Source of the DNA: a virus
Reading direction: 5' to 3' (one strand)
DNA: 64,000 bases
Virus record (IMG/VR): IMGVR_UViG_3300045972_000071
Coordinates: 23,618 to 87,617 of that record
Shown here: one piece after another, positions 55,174 to 64,000 of the stretch
Layout: each line of letters starts with the position of its first letter
How positions within the stretch are numbered: position 1 is the first letter of the stretch
The notes under the pieces: generated by a model
What the model saw: only the letters and a program-made list of their open reading frames with translations
Databases searched by the model: none
Told to the model about the DNA's origin: nothing
Position numbers and translations under genes: made by a program

Positions 55174-55613
55174 TTTTTACCTGCCATGTATGCATTGATA
55201 TATGTGATCGTATCAGCTAATGCTGGACCTGTTATGCCCTGTGGAGCTTTCTGACTACTACCGTCCTCTAAGTAAACAATGTACCTCAGATTATTGTAGA
55301 TAGTGAACGTCTTATTTGCCTTTGCACTTCCAGATGGTCCTAAACCACCTAATCTAGCACGTATGGCTTGTTCAGCTAAGGGCCTAGGAACAGCATCATT
55401 CCCTTCTCCTATACCTTCATCACTCTTCGGGGCATTGACAGCTACACGCCAATTACCTTTAGCAAGTCCCGTTAACTTCGGAGTATAGTGTACCAAGCTA
55501 CGATACATGATAACGGCTATGTCGATCTGGCGTCTAACAAACGCTGTGGGGACATCTTTTTCTACAAAATCCCTGAGTATTTTATTAAATTCCTCAACAT
55601 TGTCCACCAGCAT
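55164..55613 (-). CDS. Neck/tail completion protein (HK97 gp10-like)
   Basis: TP.LTG.AKGNW...NNL.YI..LEDG.SQKAP.G. Confidence 0.8.
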   Translation of the reverse strand: MLVDNVEEFNKILRDFVEKDVPTAFVRRQIDIAVIMYRSLVHYTPKLTGLAKGNWRVAVNAPKSDEGIGEGNDAVPRPLAEQAIRARLGGLGPSGSAKANKTFTIYNNLRYIVYLEDGSSQKAPQGITGPALADTITYINAYMAGKKWA

Positions 55614-55617
55614 ACTA

Positions 55618-55830
55618 CTACCCCTCGGGGAACTTTGTCAATTCATTCCAGTGGTGACAAGACTTGCGTGAACATTTTATCTTGATACTACCATAAATAT
55701 ATATTTCCACTGGGGCATAAGTTTCACCGACTGATTTACCGAAACTGTAGTACCACATACCATCGGGTTTCTGTTCTATCAATCGCTTTTTACACTTCTC
55801 ACAGTTTATAAATGTACTTGGTTGTGTCAT
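55618..55830 (-). CDS. Mu Com-like zinc-ribbon protein
   Basis: INCEKCKKRL...IKIKC...C..WN. Confidence 0.65.
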   Translation of the reverse strand: MTQPSTFINCEKCKKRLIEQKPDGMWYYSFGKSVGETYAPVEIYIYGSIKIKCSRKSCHHWNELTKFPEG

Positions 55831-56456
55831 AGCAAATACGCTGGACGTTCATCATCCACAAGATTAAGAACACTCAATCCTGGGTATGTGTATCGGTCAA
55901 TGCTTTGTACACGATAGAACTCAGTAGCGGTTAGATGGATTCTATCCTCTTCCACTACATTATATGATAACGGGACACAGCAATCCAGTTTGTATGCAAG
56001 ATCACGTCCTGTTGTCTCACCAGTATTTGATAAAGCCGTGCTTGAACTCTGAAATACCATTCCATAGGGGGCGGCTACTTTAACTGTCCATCCCTGTGTA
56101 ATTTCGTATGTAACTGGATCCTGTACTTGCGAGTATGATAATATATGTGAGGTTAAAGGAAAGTTGCACTTCAAAACCATTGCAGCAAACTCTACAACCT
56201 CTCCCTCAAATATATCTGGAGTCTTATTTGCTACTATGTAATAGTTACCTTCAAAGAATATTATATCACCGGATATTACCTGAGTGTTATATACCAATGA
56301 TGCTTTTAACTGATGTTCCCGTGTAAATGGTCGTGAAGAGGACTCATTCAATTCGTAGGTCATGTACTCAAATAGGTTACCAGTAGGTCGCAAGATCGTG
56401 ATCTTTGTACCTACTTCCTGTGTAACCTGAGCTATGTCATAACCTATACCGGACAT
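55827..56456 (-). CDS. Putative head closure protein
   Basis: Position in the neck module; beta-rich. Confidence 0.55.
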   Translation of the reverse strand: MSGIGYDIAQVTQEVGTKITILRPTGNLFEYMTYELNESSSRPFTREHQLKASLVYNTQVISGDIIFFEGNYYIVANKTPDIFEGEVVEFAAMVLKCNFPLTSHILSYSQVQDPVTYEITQGWTVKVAAPYGMVFQSSSTALSNTGETTGRDLAYKLDCCVPLSYNVVEEDRIHLTATEFYRVQSIDRYTYPGLSVLNLVDDERPAYLL

Positions 56457-56905
56457 TAAGCACCTGTGTTTATATATTTAATTAAGTCAGAATATGTAAG
56501 GTCTCTACCTAATCCATCATACACGAAACCTGCGTTTATAGCTGTTCCAAACATCTTGTATGACTCAGTAGATGAAAAGATATTTGTATTAGAGGACAGA
56601 GCTTTCTCGTACTCGGAGTCCATGTTTTTGAGTAGCTTTTCGTAGTGTTCAAATCGCTGTTGAAGATTTACCTGCTTATATTTAAACTTTTGTGCGGAAG
56701 CTGTCCAAAGGATAAAGCAAGCGTGTCGGATAGCTCGCTTAACAATCCAAAGACACTTAGTAGGATCAGCAACGGGATATACCCATCCTAATTCTGCCAT
56801 AGCATTACCACAGGCGGCTTCTAACCCATCTACTGTGAGGGCAGAAGCCGCTGAGGACATCTGAATTGTAACTAAATCAACAACATCGTCAACGGAGGTC
56901 AACAT
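56456..56905 (-). CDS. Putative head-tail adaptor
   Basis: Helical; position after the capsid. Confidence 0.55.
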   Translation of the reverse strand: MLTSVDDVVDLVTIQMSSAASALTVDGLEAACGNAMAELGWVYPVADPTKCLWIVKRAIRHACFILWTASAQKFKYKQVNLQQRFEHYEKLLKNMDSEYEKALSSNTNIFSSTESYKMFGTAINAGFVYDGLGRDLTYSDLIKYINTGA

Positions 56906-56906
56906 G

Positions 56907-57146
56907 TCAGTTCCTTATTTTACGGGGTACCCTAGCTGATGTGTTTGCTTTCGATGCCGCTGGGGCTTGTATTTTTTTCGGTGTTTCATCAGCAGGTGTG
57001 ACATCCAATACATCGAAATATCTTGGATCAGCCAATGATTCTTCATTGACATAAGATGGAAATGGTTCGATTGAATCATCCAAAATAGTACCAACGTCAA
57101 CATGGCTTCCACGTAACTGCAATGTTACCTTTAATCTCAATTTCAT
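56907..57146 (-). CDS. Hypothetical protein downstream of the capsid
   Basis: AAGGAG RBS before MKLRLKV. Confidence 0.6.
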   Translation of the reverse strand: MKLRLKVTLQLRGSHVDVGTILDDSIEPFPSYVNEESLADPRYFDVLDVTPADETPKKIQAPAASKANTSARVPRKIRN

Positions 57147-57168
57147 ATAATGCTCCTTTCGGATTGAT

Positions 57169-57195
57169 AGTGCAGGGGCGTTACACCCCTGCACT
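57169..57195 (-). terminator. Hairpin after the major capsid gene
   Basis: AGTGCAGGGG / CCCCTGCACT stem. Confidence 0.6.
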
Positions 57196-57206
57196 GTTAC
57201 TGCCTG

Positions 57207-58433
57207 TTACCAAGCGTTGATAAGATACGTTGTGTCAGGACGATAAATGACTGGAAGTCCTTTGTCCTGAACGCGGAGCCACATACCTTCTGGATCCCAC
57301 TCAAGCTCAGTGTCAGCATAGAAGCCCCAACGACGGCCCAGACCATACGGTGCTTCCATGAACTCAGCAATCTTACTGCCGTCCGCTGTATCGGAGAACA
57401 TGAAGAACTGATTGTCCATGATGAATTTCTTACGGGCAACAACTTTGTCACGCCCTGCAACATACGTGTTTGACAGTGCAACGGTTACAGTTACTACGCC
57501 GGTATCAGTGTTGACAGTCGCTACGGTGCGATCTTCCCAAGTATTGAACTTGGTCATGTTGAACACACGCAGAACGGAACCGACTTCAATGTCAGTTGCA
57601 TCATCAACAGTCAGAGTTGTGGAGTTACCCCAGTTAGTGATGTATGCCTGTACTTCATACAGATCATCGTAAATGGTCACGTTGCCGAGACCCAAAAGAT
57701 TTGCAAGAACTGCTTTAGGGTTGGAATACAGATCACCATTACCGAATGCCGACTTAGCCATCAGAGTCTGGATGTCTTTGGAGAGCATCATGACCTGGAG
57801 CATCTGGCTGTTAATGATAATGTGATTTGCTGTAACACCAGCATCAACAGAAAGAACTGTTTTAGCTGTGAAGATGTCGCCAACAATATCAGCAGTGCTG
57901 GTTGCTTTTGGTGTGTTCCAACGTGTAGTATCTGCAGGCAGAGTACGAACATGGGAAGTAGGAACACCATAGCTGATGGCGATTTTAGCTCCACCAGGCA
58001 TGTTGTAGTTAAGAACACCGTTGATGATTGCCTGAGCCATCATCCATTCACGACGGCGCTCGCAACGATAGCGAAGTTTCTTGACACCTTTAGCGAGTTG
58101 ACGCTCGGCAGTCTGGTAAGTAGCAGTCGTACCTGGCTCACGAAGATTGTTAAGAAACTCCTCGTCAAAGTACATTTTCTCTTTCCAGTAAGCGGCCTTT
58201 GCAGAACCTTTGCTTACGCCATCAATGCCGATTGTGGGTGCTACCGAACCAGGTGCTACGAACGGTGTCATGCCACCAGAAGCATATTCGATTTCCCAAC
58301 TGATAGCATCGCTTGGATACTGATTGGAAGCGAACATGGACGAAAAATAGTTTGACGGTGTTTTGTCAATGTTGGAGATCAATTTATTCAAAGTCTCCAA
58401 CTGTAGTGCGGGAATTCCAGCTGTACCTTTCAT
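57207..58433 (-). CDS. Major capsid protein (lambda gpE-like) with an insertion domain
   Basis: MTPFVAPG, RREWMMAQAI..G, YD..Y, DPEG.W....GLPV...PD. Confidence 0.9.
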   Translation of the reverse strand: MKGTAGIPALQLETLNKLISNIDKTPSNYFSSMFASNQYPSDAISWEIEYASGGMTPFVAPGSVAPTIGIDGVSKGSAKAAYWKEKMYFDEEFLNNLREPGTTATYQTAERQLAKGVKKLRYRCERRREWMMAQAIINGVLNYNMPGGAKIAISYGVPTSHVRTLPADTTRWNTPKATSTADIVGDIFTAKTVLSVDAGVTANHIIINSQMLQVMMLSKDIQTLMAKSAFGNGDLYSNPKAVLANLLGLGNVTIYDDLYEVQAYITNWGNSTTLTVDDATDIEVGSVLRVFNMTKFNTWEDRTVATVNTDTGVVTVTVALSNTYVAGRDKVVARKKFIMDNQFFMFSDTADGSKIAEFMEAPYGLGRRWGFYADTELEWDPEGMWLRVQDKGLPVIYRPDTTYLINAW

Positions 58434-58458
58434 GTACTAATACCTCCTATAGGTTATT

Positions 58459-59160
58459 TTACTTGAGAATTGTGTGCTGACCATCTTGAACTGCACCAAG
58501 GGAAGTAAGAGCTTCCGAAGTAGCATTAACAAGACTGCCGGTATAAACGATTGCATTGGAGATCACTATAGAAGTGAGTGCACCGGCTGCTGATTCACCA
58601 TAACCAGTATCAATGTCTTTGTCAATGATGCTGAAAGCAGTGGTGAATGGCGTTGCCGCGGCAGCCTTAACATAACAATAGGCTGTATTAGCTACAGTAA
58701 GGTTAGTTACTGTTGCGAGGATTGCAGTGATTGTAGCCCAACGAGGATCTGTGGTACGGTCGATAACCGTAATAGCTCCAGTTGCCTGCTCACCACCGGT
58801 TGTGATTGCATTGACAATGAGTTCATCGCCAACAACAAAGCGGTAAGAATCACTGATGGATACTTTCAGTGTGTTGGTTGCGGCATCCTGAACAAGCAGA
58901 GTAACGCCGATAGCAGATGCAGTGTTTGCAGTGATCTTTGTACGAAGTGGGGCATAAGGAACAAGCTGTCCCTTATTACCTGCGGCAGAGGAGTTCACAG
59001 CCATAACTGTTCCAGCGGCCAAAACTCCAAACCCTGGGGCTACTGTTTTGTCCTTAATCAGAGCGATTTCTCTCTGGGAAAAGAACAATCTTTTGATACC
59101 TACGCCCTCAGGATTGCGAACAATCTGAGGAGTGCTTCCACCTAAACCTTTAACTGGCAT
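58459..59160 (-). CDS. Head decoration protein
   Basis: GVLAAGTVMA...G.LVPY; between protease and capsid. Confidence 0.75.
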   Translation of the reverse strand: MPVKGLGGSTPQIVRNPEGVGIKRLFFSQREIALIKDKTVAPGFGVLAAGTVMAVNSSAAGNKGQLVPYAPLRTKITANTASAIGVTLLVQDAATNTLKVSISDSYRFVVGDELIVNAITTGGEQATGAITVIDRTTDPRWATITAILATVTNLTVANTAYCYVKAAAATPFTTAFSIIDKDIDTGYGESAAGALTSIVISNAIVYTGSLVNATSEALTSLGAVQDGQHTILK

Positions 59161-59188
59161 AACTTTTCTCCTTTATCTTTATTTTTAA

Positions 59189-60319
59189 TTACTTGACGTA
59201 AGCAAGCATACGTTCAGCGGCGGCATCACTTTCTTTGGAGAGTTTTTCTTTGCTACCGGTACCTAGGTCTTTCTTTGAAGTGCTGAATCCCATTACAGAA
59301 CCCTCTTCGTCAGACCAATCTTTCAGTTCGGCATCAACAGAAGCGGCAAATGCCTCTTCATCGAGTATACCATCTGCAATAAACGCCTCATGGCCAACCA
59401 TCTTTCGTACCTTAGCAGAAAGACGCTCCGGGAGACCAGCATCAGTGAACTTCTGTGCAAAGATGTTATCTGCGGTGTGCTTCATGGATTGCTCCTGACG
59501 CAGTGCCTCAGATTTTTCCAATGCCAACAGACGCTTCTCCGACAGTTTGCTTTCCTCGGAAAGTTGTGCATTCTGCTCAGTTACATTAGCGAGTTTGCTT
59601 TCCAGGTCAGCTTTCTCTCCTGCGAACTTCGCTTCAACGCCATCAGCTACTTCTTTGGCGAGTTTCGCAAACTCCTCAGGGTGTTCTGTTTTGAACTTCA
59701 AATAATCCATTTTCACTTCCTCCTGTTCTTGAAATTTTGCTACGGATGAGATTTCTATGCATACATCTTCTGACTCGGACATTGCCGCTGATTTGGTGTT
59801 TGAATCATACCCGAATGTACATACAGATGATTCCTTGAATGTGCATTCTCTCCAAATAGTACCTGGTCCTTTCATTTCATAACCATTTACCATTGCAGTT
59901 TCTTTTTCCTGCAGGGTCTGAATCTTCGTGGGACGTGCGTAGATTGAAGCCTCGTACGGAAAGCCCTGTGCTGAGTTTTCTCTGAACTTGATACTCTCTT
60001 CTGTATCAATGAACTCGGCACCGACTACGGTGAGTTGATTTCCTTCTGTGGACAGCTTCGTTATGAATCCAATTTTCTTACCTGTTTCGTGATCTTCAAG
60101 GAGCGGGTACTTCTTTTTAGGAAATTTCATTCCCTCAAGGTCGATAGCAAGATCACCCCACCACCAATGCCCTTTTATGATACCACCAGAGTAAGCCAGC
60201 ATTTCCAGAGTAGGAGTTTGTTTTTCGATATCCCCCTCAGCGAATGTGACCTTTGCAAAACACTTTTCGTCCAATAGTTGCATTGAACCTTTGGTGAGTT
60301 GTACTGTTTCTTTTTTCAT
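59189..60319 (-). CDS. Prohead protease with a C-terminal scaffold
   Basis: AYSGG, PLLEDH...IG, YEASI, KESSVC.FG.D..T, then a charged helical tail. Confidence 0.85.
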   Translation of the reverse strand: MKKETVQLTKGSMQLLDEKCFAKVTFAEGDIEKQTPTLEMLAYSGGIIKGHWWWGDLAIDLEGMKFPKKKYPLLEDHETGKKIGFITKLSTEGNQLTVVGAEFIDTEESIKFRENSAQGFPYEASIYARPTKIQTLQEKETAMVNGYEMKGPGTIWRECTFKESSVCTFGYDSNTKSAAMSESEDVCIEISSVAKFQEQEEVKMDYLKFKTEHPEEFAKLAKEVADGVEAKFAGEKADLESKLANVTEQNAQLSEESKLSEKRLLALEKSEALRQEQSMKHTADNIFAQKFTDAGLPERLSAKVRKMVGHEAFIADGILDEEAFAASVDAELKDWSDEEGSVMGFSTSKKDLGTGSKEKLSKESDAAAERMLAYVK

Positions 60320-60335
60320 GTTATCTCCTGTCCAT

Positions 60336-60371
60336 GTTATACCAAATAACAGTATTGGGATTTTTTGTCAA
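60336..60371 (-). promoter_or_regulatory. Promoter for the protease/capsid operon
   Basis: TGg-TATAAC extended -10, with a TTGACA 24 nt upstream (non-canonical spacing). Confidence 0.45.
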
Positions 60372-60392
60372 ACAAAATTTGGTTGTGGAATA

Positions 60393-62057
60393 TTATTTTG
60401 TAGGAGTAACCTTTCTCTTGATTACTGTCTTAGCAACTGGTTTCTCCACGGGCTTTGCATCTGCTTTCTTTACTCCCGCATCCTTCTTAGCAGGTGCATT
60501 ATCTCCAGGGGCATTACCTGGTATAGCCGCTTGATCTACAGACAGTGAAAGTTCTGGGTATCTTTCCATTTCAGTTGCATGAGCCAATCGCAATCTGCGG
60601 TAGTTACCAAAACCTAACTTCTTTGCAATCTCCTGGTTAGGTATTCCTAAAGTCTCATACGTGCTTCCGTGCTTAACACCCAAGAAAGCCCTTGCTTTAG
60701 CTTCTGCATCATTAACTTCTGATGTAGGGAATGAAATGTCGATCAGTGACTCTGGTTTTCTCTTTACATTCTTGAACACTGGCTCTTGATCTTTAAACTC
60801 AACAGCTACCCGTTGGTCAAACTTTTCAGGAAAACCATATACACTACTTTTGAGAAAAAAGATATTGCCCCAGAAGTCGTGACGCAAGAACCGCTCAAAG
60901 TAAGTTGATTCGTCCATCATACGATCGGACATCGGTCCACGAGTAGCCTTTACAGAAGAGAACGTGCCTTTACTCTGTCCTGATGTGACATCCTCTGGTT
61001 CATTCAAACCCGATGTTATCATATGGAATATGTCAGTGTCGCTTTCTGAGATATTGGGAAGTGCTGGGTTCTTACACTCCATCTTCATTCCTGGGGGAAG
61101 TACAAGAGTGCCACCTGGTGTCTTTTTAGCCATAACACCTGTTTGCTTTCTCTCTTCATCCGTCAGTGCTAACCACATACGGAAAGTCTTGGGGTCTTCC
61201 ATGGTGATTACCCACAGATAGGATCCCGCAGACTTCTTGTGATCTATTTCATATTTCTTAAGGTTCTCATAATGATTTAACCACTCAAGGATGGTGCGTA
61301 GGTGAGAAACATTCCGTTTGGTCATAAACGATTTGTCCCATGATATGATAAATCGGCGATAACCACCTACTGATCTATATTTAGGTTTACCACTCTTGCT
61401 GTTTACTGTCTGGGATTCGACAAACGCTGGATTCTTCTTTGCGAGTTTAGCAAGTTCAGGGAAGCGGGCGACAAATATGGATGGTACCAGCTCCGCAGTA
61501 CCTTTATTAGCAGGATCATTCGGGTTGTTCTGATTAACAAAGTAGAATAGAGGCATTGTCGCTTTAGTGGGGTGATATATGATACCATCTTCCCCACCCC
61601 CAGCAATATCAGAAGGATCAATGAAATCTATCTCAATAAAGCCATCATCATGCAGTGTTAAGCACTGAAAAAGCTCTCCTTCTATTACGGAACGCCCTAC
61701 AAACTTAGGCCAAAACAGGTATAATCTGTTCCTTTGGTCAAACTCAATCTCTTCAATTACGTCTTGAATCTTCGCAATTTCAGAACTGGTTTCAAAACCA
61801 TTTCCACATAATCTACCTACTTGACCCTTTACCGCAGTGCTAATTTGTGGGTTTTTATTGAATTTATCCCAGCAAGCCTGCTGTAATTCTTCCCGATTGT
61901 AGTTATCTCCGCTCTTATCTGCAAATCCATCAGCGTCAGCCACCACAGCATCTACTTCGTCTGTCTGCCACGGCATAGCAAAACGGAGCGTTCCTAGTTC
62001 TTCATCTGACAGTTTGGCTAGAGCAGAAGCGGCTAATCCGAGCGTATTATCGTCCAT
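60393..62057 (-). CDS. Portal protein
   Basis: Between terminase and protease; GELF..L...IDP, PGGTLVLPPG. ATG 62057 follows GAGG and lies downstream of the promoter. Confidence 0.85.
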   Translation of the reverse strand: MDDNTLGLAASALAKLSDEELGTLRFAMPWQTDEVDAVVADADGFADKSGDNYNREELQQACWDKFNKNPQISTAVKGQVGRLCGNGFETSSEIAKIQDVIEEIEFDQRNRLYLFWPKFVGRSVIEGELFQCLTLHDDGFIEIDFIDPSDIAGGGEDGIIYHPTKATMPLFYFVNQNNPNDPANKGTAELVPSIFVARFPELAKLAKKNPAFVESQTVNSKSGKPKYRSVGGYRRFIISWDKSFMTKRNVSHLRTILEWLNHYENLKKYEIDHKKSAGSYLWVITMEDPKTFRMWLALTDEERKQTGVMAKKTPGGTLVLPPGMKMECKNPALPNISESDTDIFHMITSGLNEPEDVTSGQSKGTFSSVKATRGPMSDRMMDESTYFERFLRHDFWGNIFFLKSSVYGFPEKFDQRVAVEFKDQEPVFKNVKRKPESLIDISFPTSEVNDAEAKARAFLGVKHGSTYETLGIPNQEIAKKLGFGNYRRLRLAHATEMERYPELSLSVDQAAIPGNAPGDNAPAKKDAGVKKADAKPVEKPVAKTVIKRKVTPTK

Positions 62058-62086
62058 AAGGGCCTCATTTATAGGTATTTCAGAGT

Positions 62087-62115
62087 AGTGTATGGGTAAA
62101 TCACACACTTTGCAA
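62087..62115 (-). promoter_or_regulatory. Sigma70-like promoter for the portal
   Basis: TTGCAA-17nt-TACACT. Confidence 0.65.
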
Positions 62116-62123
62116 TGACAAAA

Positions 62124-62300
62124 TTACAGGAAGAACTTGTTCCTATCCATATGATGCTCTGCCATCCGTTTAATTCTAAATACTAACTCTTTACCGTTCT
62201 GATTAAGGGTTGTCCAATCTTCACCTATAAATCCTTGAACAGCATAATACTTTTCACCGTTAATATCGACATCTTCAACACGGGTTTCACACTCTGACAT
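62124..62300 (-). CDS. 58-aa hypothetical protein MSECETRVEDV...
   Basis: Open frame between terminase and portal; weak RBS. Confidence 0.45.
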   Translation of the reverse strand: MSECETRVEDVDINGEKYYAVQGFIGEDWTTLNQNGKELVFRIKRMAEHHMDRNKFFL

Positions 62301-62395
62301 GATATTTGCTCGATTCTGTGATTTATTTAGTCGGTATCCGCAAACACACGTCAGCGGTGCCTGTTTATATCGCTATCATGCTTAAACTGACTTGC

Positions 62396-64000
62396 TCAGT
62401 GCTTTATAAGAGTGGACTTGTTCATTACCATCGTACCGAAGAACGGGGTATGATTACGTTCCTTGAAATCATCAACCTTTAAGTCACGCCCGCCGTATAT
62501 ACCCCATGCTATGGAGAAGATACAGTCGTCCTGTGTACCGTACTTTTCCATTTTCTCTGGAGAACCGAACCAACGCTTATCTTCATCGTGAAAGAACACT
62601 GCGGCTTCTTCCTTGAAGATATCTTCTCCTTTACTTCCCCAAACAACAAGAGGCGGTTGCTTATATCTGCCTGTTGTAATCGCTCCGTGAAGTTCAGAGA
62701 ACGCCGCTTTCTGCTTATCGTATGAAGGATGTATAGGTTCAAACTTAATACCGTTATCTTCACACCATTGAGCCATATCCCATATACCCCAACGCTCGCC
62801 GCATATAACATCAACACCGTCAAATGTCTCATGCCCCTCAAGAATCACGTCTTTAATTGCTTCCAAGAGACTATCAGGTATATGAGCAACTTGCAAGGTG
62901 ACGTACATATATTGTGGGTTACCATTGTCGGCAAACGCAGGATTCGATCTACTTCCCGGTAGTCCCTTAGCAGTGATAGTGACAATGGTTCGTGCAGCGG
63001 TTCTATCTTTCTTCAATGGATCCGCTCTATCTAGCCCGACAAGGATTGCCCAGTTAGTGTCATATAAATCACTCAGGATATCTAAATCAGCCATTGTGGC
63101 CATCTTTGTCATACCGAAAGAATCACGTAATTTATAATATCTTTCAAGCGGAACTAACTTTGCATCTAAGTCCCGTATAGCACCTAACTCATAATCGAAA
63201 GAAGACGGTATACCCTTACTTGTCGCTTCCTCAATCTGTTCCTTAATCTTCACCTTCTGCTGTATCACTTCAAGCAGAGAACTGAATGGTGAAACTCCTC
63301 TACCTACACCAACATAGCTGATTGCCTCTATTACGTCAGAGCCAAATACTTGCTGGGCATTACTTCCCCACACGTTCATAAAGTATTTTTCAAAATCACC
63401 TAGTGGGAACTTCTCTTTGTAGTCGTCAAGCTGTTGCTGGTCCATCTGCGGATTCCAGTAATCTTCTATGACGGCATCTTTACTACAACGATAGGAATAA
63501 AAGAGAGTTTTGATTTTGCGAGTGATAAAGGATTGATACATCTTGTAGAGGACGTGTGTCTTAGGAGATACCGTTGAGTCAATAACACCTAACGCATTCG
63601 GTACGTTACGCATTGATCCGTCAAGCTGTGTAAAGAACTTAGGATTCTTCATGTCGAACATCTCCGAGAATGTATACCCAGTGATGTTCGACACGATACC
63701 AGAAAACGAAGACAACGGTTTTAATACCGATGTTATGTTTCCCTTATCGTCACGTAAGCGAATCTCTTTTTCTTGGATGTTACGCTCACCGATAATGTTA
63801 AACAAAGGTGGGGAGTTCTTGATGATATCCTTCATAACATCGAAGTGAACAAACTTGATCTGGTCTTTACTGTTAGCGCCGAGAACGATCTGTTGTTTCG
63901 GCCAGTTAAAGAATTTCCATAGTTGTATCAGACAAGCGACAAGTGACTTACCTTCTCCACGCATCCATGACAAGATAATTAGTTTGTATACGAATCGCCC
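62396..64000 (-). CDS. terL: Terminase large subunit, 5'-truncated by the window edge
   Basis: Walker A-like WMRGEGKS, GANSKDQ, nuclease VGLD...DD.IFS.AW. Frame open to the window end; upstream of the portal. Confidence 0.9.
   Translation of the reverse strand, partial: GRFVYKLIILSWMRGEGKSLVACLIQLWKFFNWPKQQIVLGANSKDQIKFVHFDVMKDIIKNSPPLFNIIGERNIQEKEIRLRDDKGNITSVLKPLSSFSGIVSNITGYTFSEMFDMKNPKFFTQLDGSMRNVPNALGVIDSTVSPKTHVLYKMYQSFITRKIKTLFYSYRCSKDAVIEDYWNPQMDQQQLDDYKEKFPLGDFEKYFMNVWGSNAQQVFGSDVIEAISYVGVGRGVSPFSSLLEVIQQKVKIKEQIEEATSKGIPSSFDYELGAIRDLDAKLVPLERYYKLRDSFGMTKMATMADLDILSDLYDTNWAILVGLDRADPLKKDRTAARTIVTITAKGLPGSRSNPAFADNGNPQYMYVTLQVAHIPDSLLEAIKDVILEGHETFDGVDVICGERWGIWDMAQWCEDNGIKFEPIHPSYDKQKAAFSELHGAITTGRYKQPPLVVWGSKGEDIFKEEAAVFFHDEDKRWFGSPEKMEKYGTQDDCIFSIAWGIYGGRDLKVDDFKERNHTPFFGTMVMNKSTLIKH

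Noticed and set aside
62058-62108. Portal start at GTG 62108 as in the ORF track
   Set aside because: It lies inside the predicted promoter; ATG 62057 has an RBS.

Overview
The window is part of a tailed dsDNA phage genome, probably a siphovirus: it has a tail tube, a very long tape measure protein and no sheath. The two-component spanin points to a Gram-negative host. Two arms converge on a terminator at about 29.0 kb. The + arm (1-29 kb) opens with a 7-deazaguanine DNA-modification cluster: queE (cut by the window edge), folE, a divergent queC and a TGT-fold DpdA-like gene. Unusually, this cluster also holds a myo-inositol-phosphate synthase, a HAD phosphatase and a SAM methyltransferase, and it has been hit repeatedly by HNH-AP2 homing endonucleases. 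Replication and recombination genes follow: beta-like clamp, UDG-fused family A polymerase, DnaX-like loader, SSB, RecA, 5'-3' exonuclease, RuvC-like resolvase, split Rad50/SbcC plus SbcD, ThyX and ATP-dependent ligase. Two highly structured intergenic regions there look like ncRNAs. The - arm (64-29 kb) encodes terminase (cut by the edge), portal, protease/scaffold, decoration, major capsid, neck, tail tube, frameshifting tail chaperones, a 2546-aa tape measure, tail-tip proteins, an accessory fibre operon and the lysis cassette. The best candidate for an undescribed system is an inositol-linked 7-deazaguanine DNA hypermodification pathway. All calls come from motif reading by eye; no database searches or folding programs were run.
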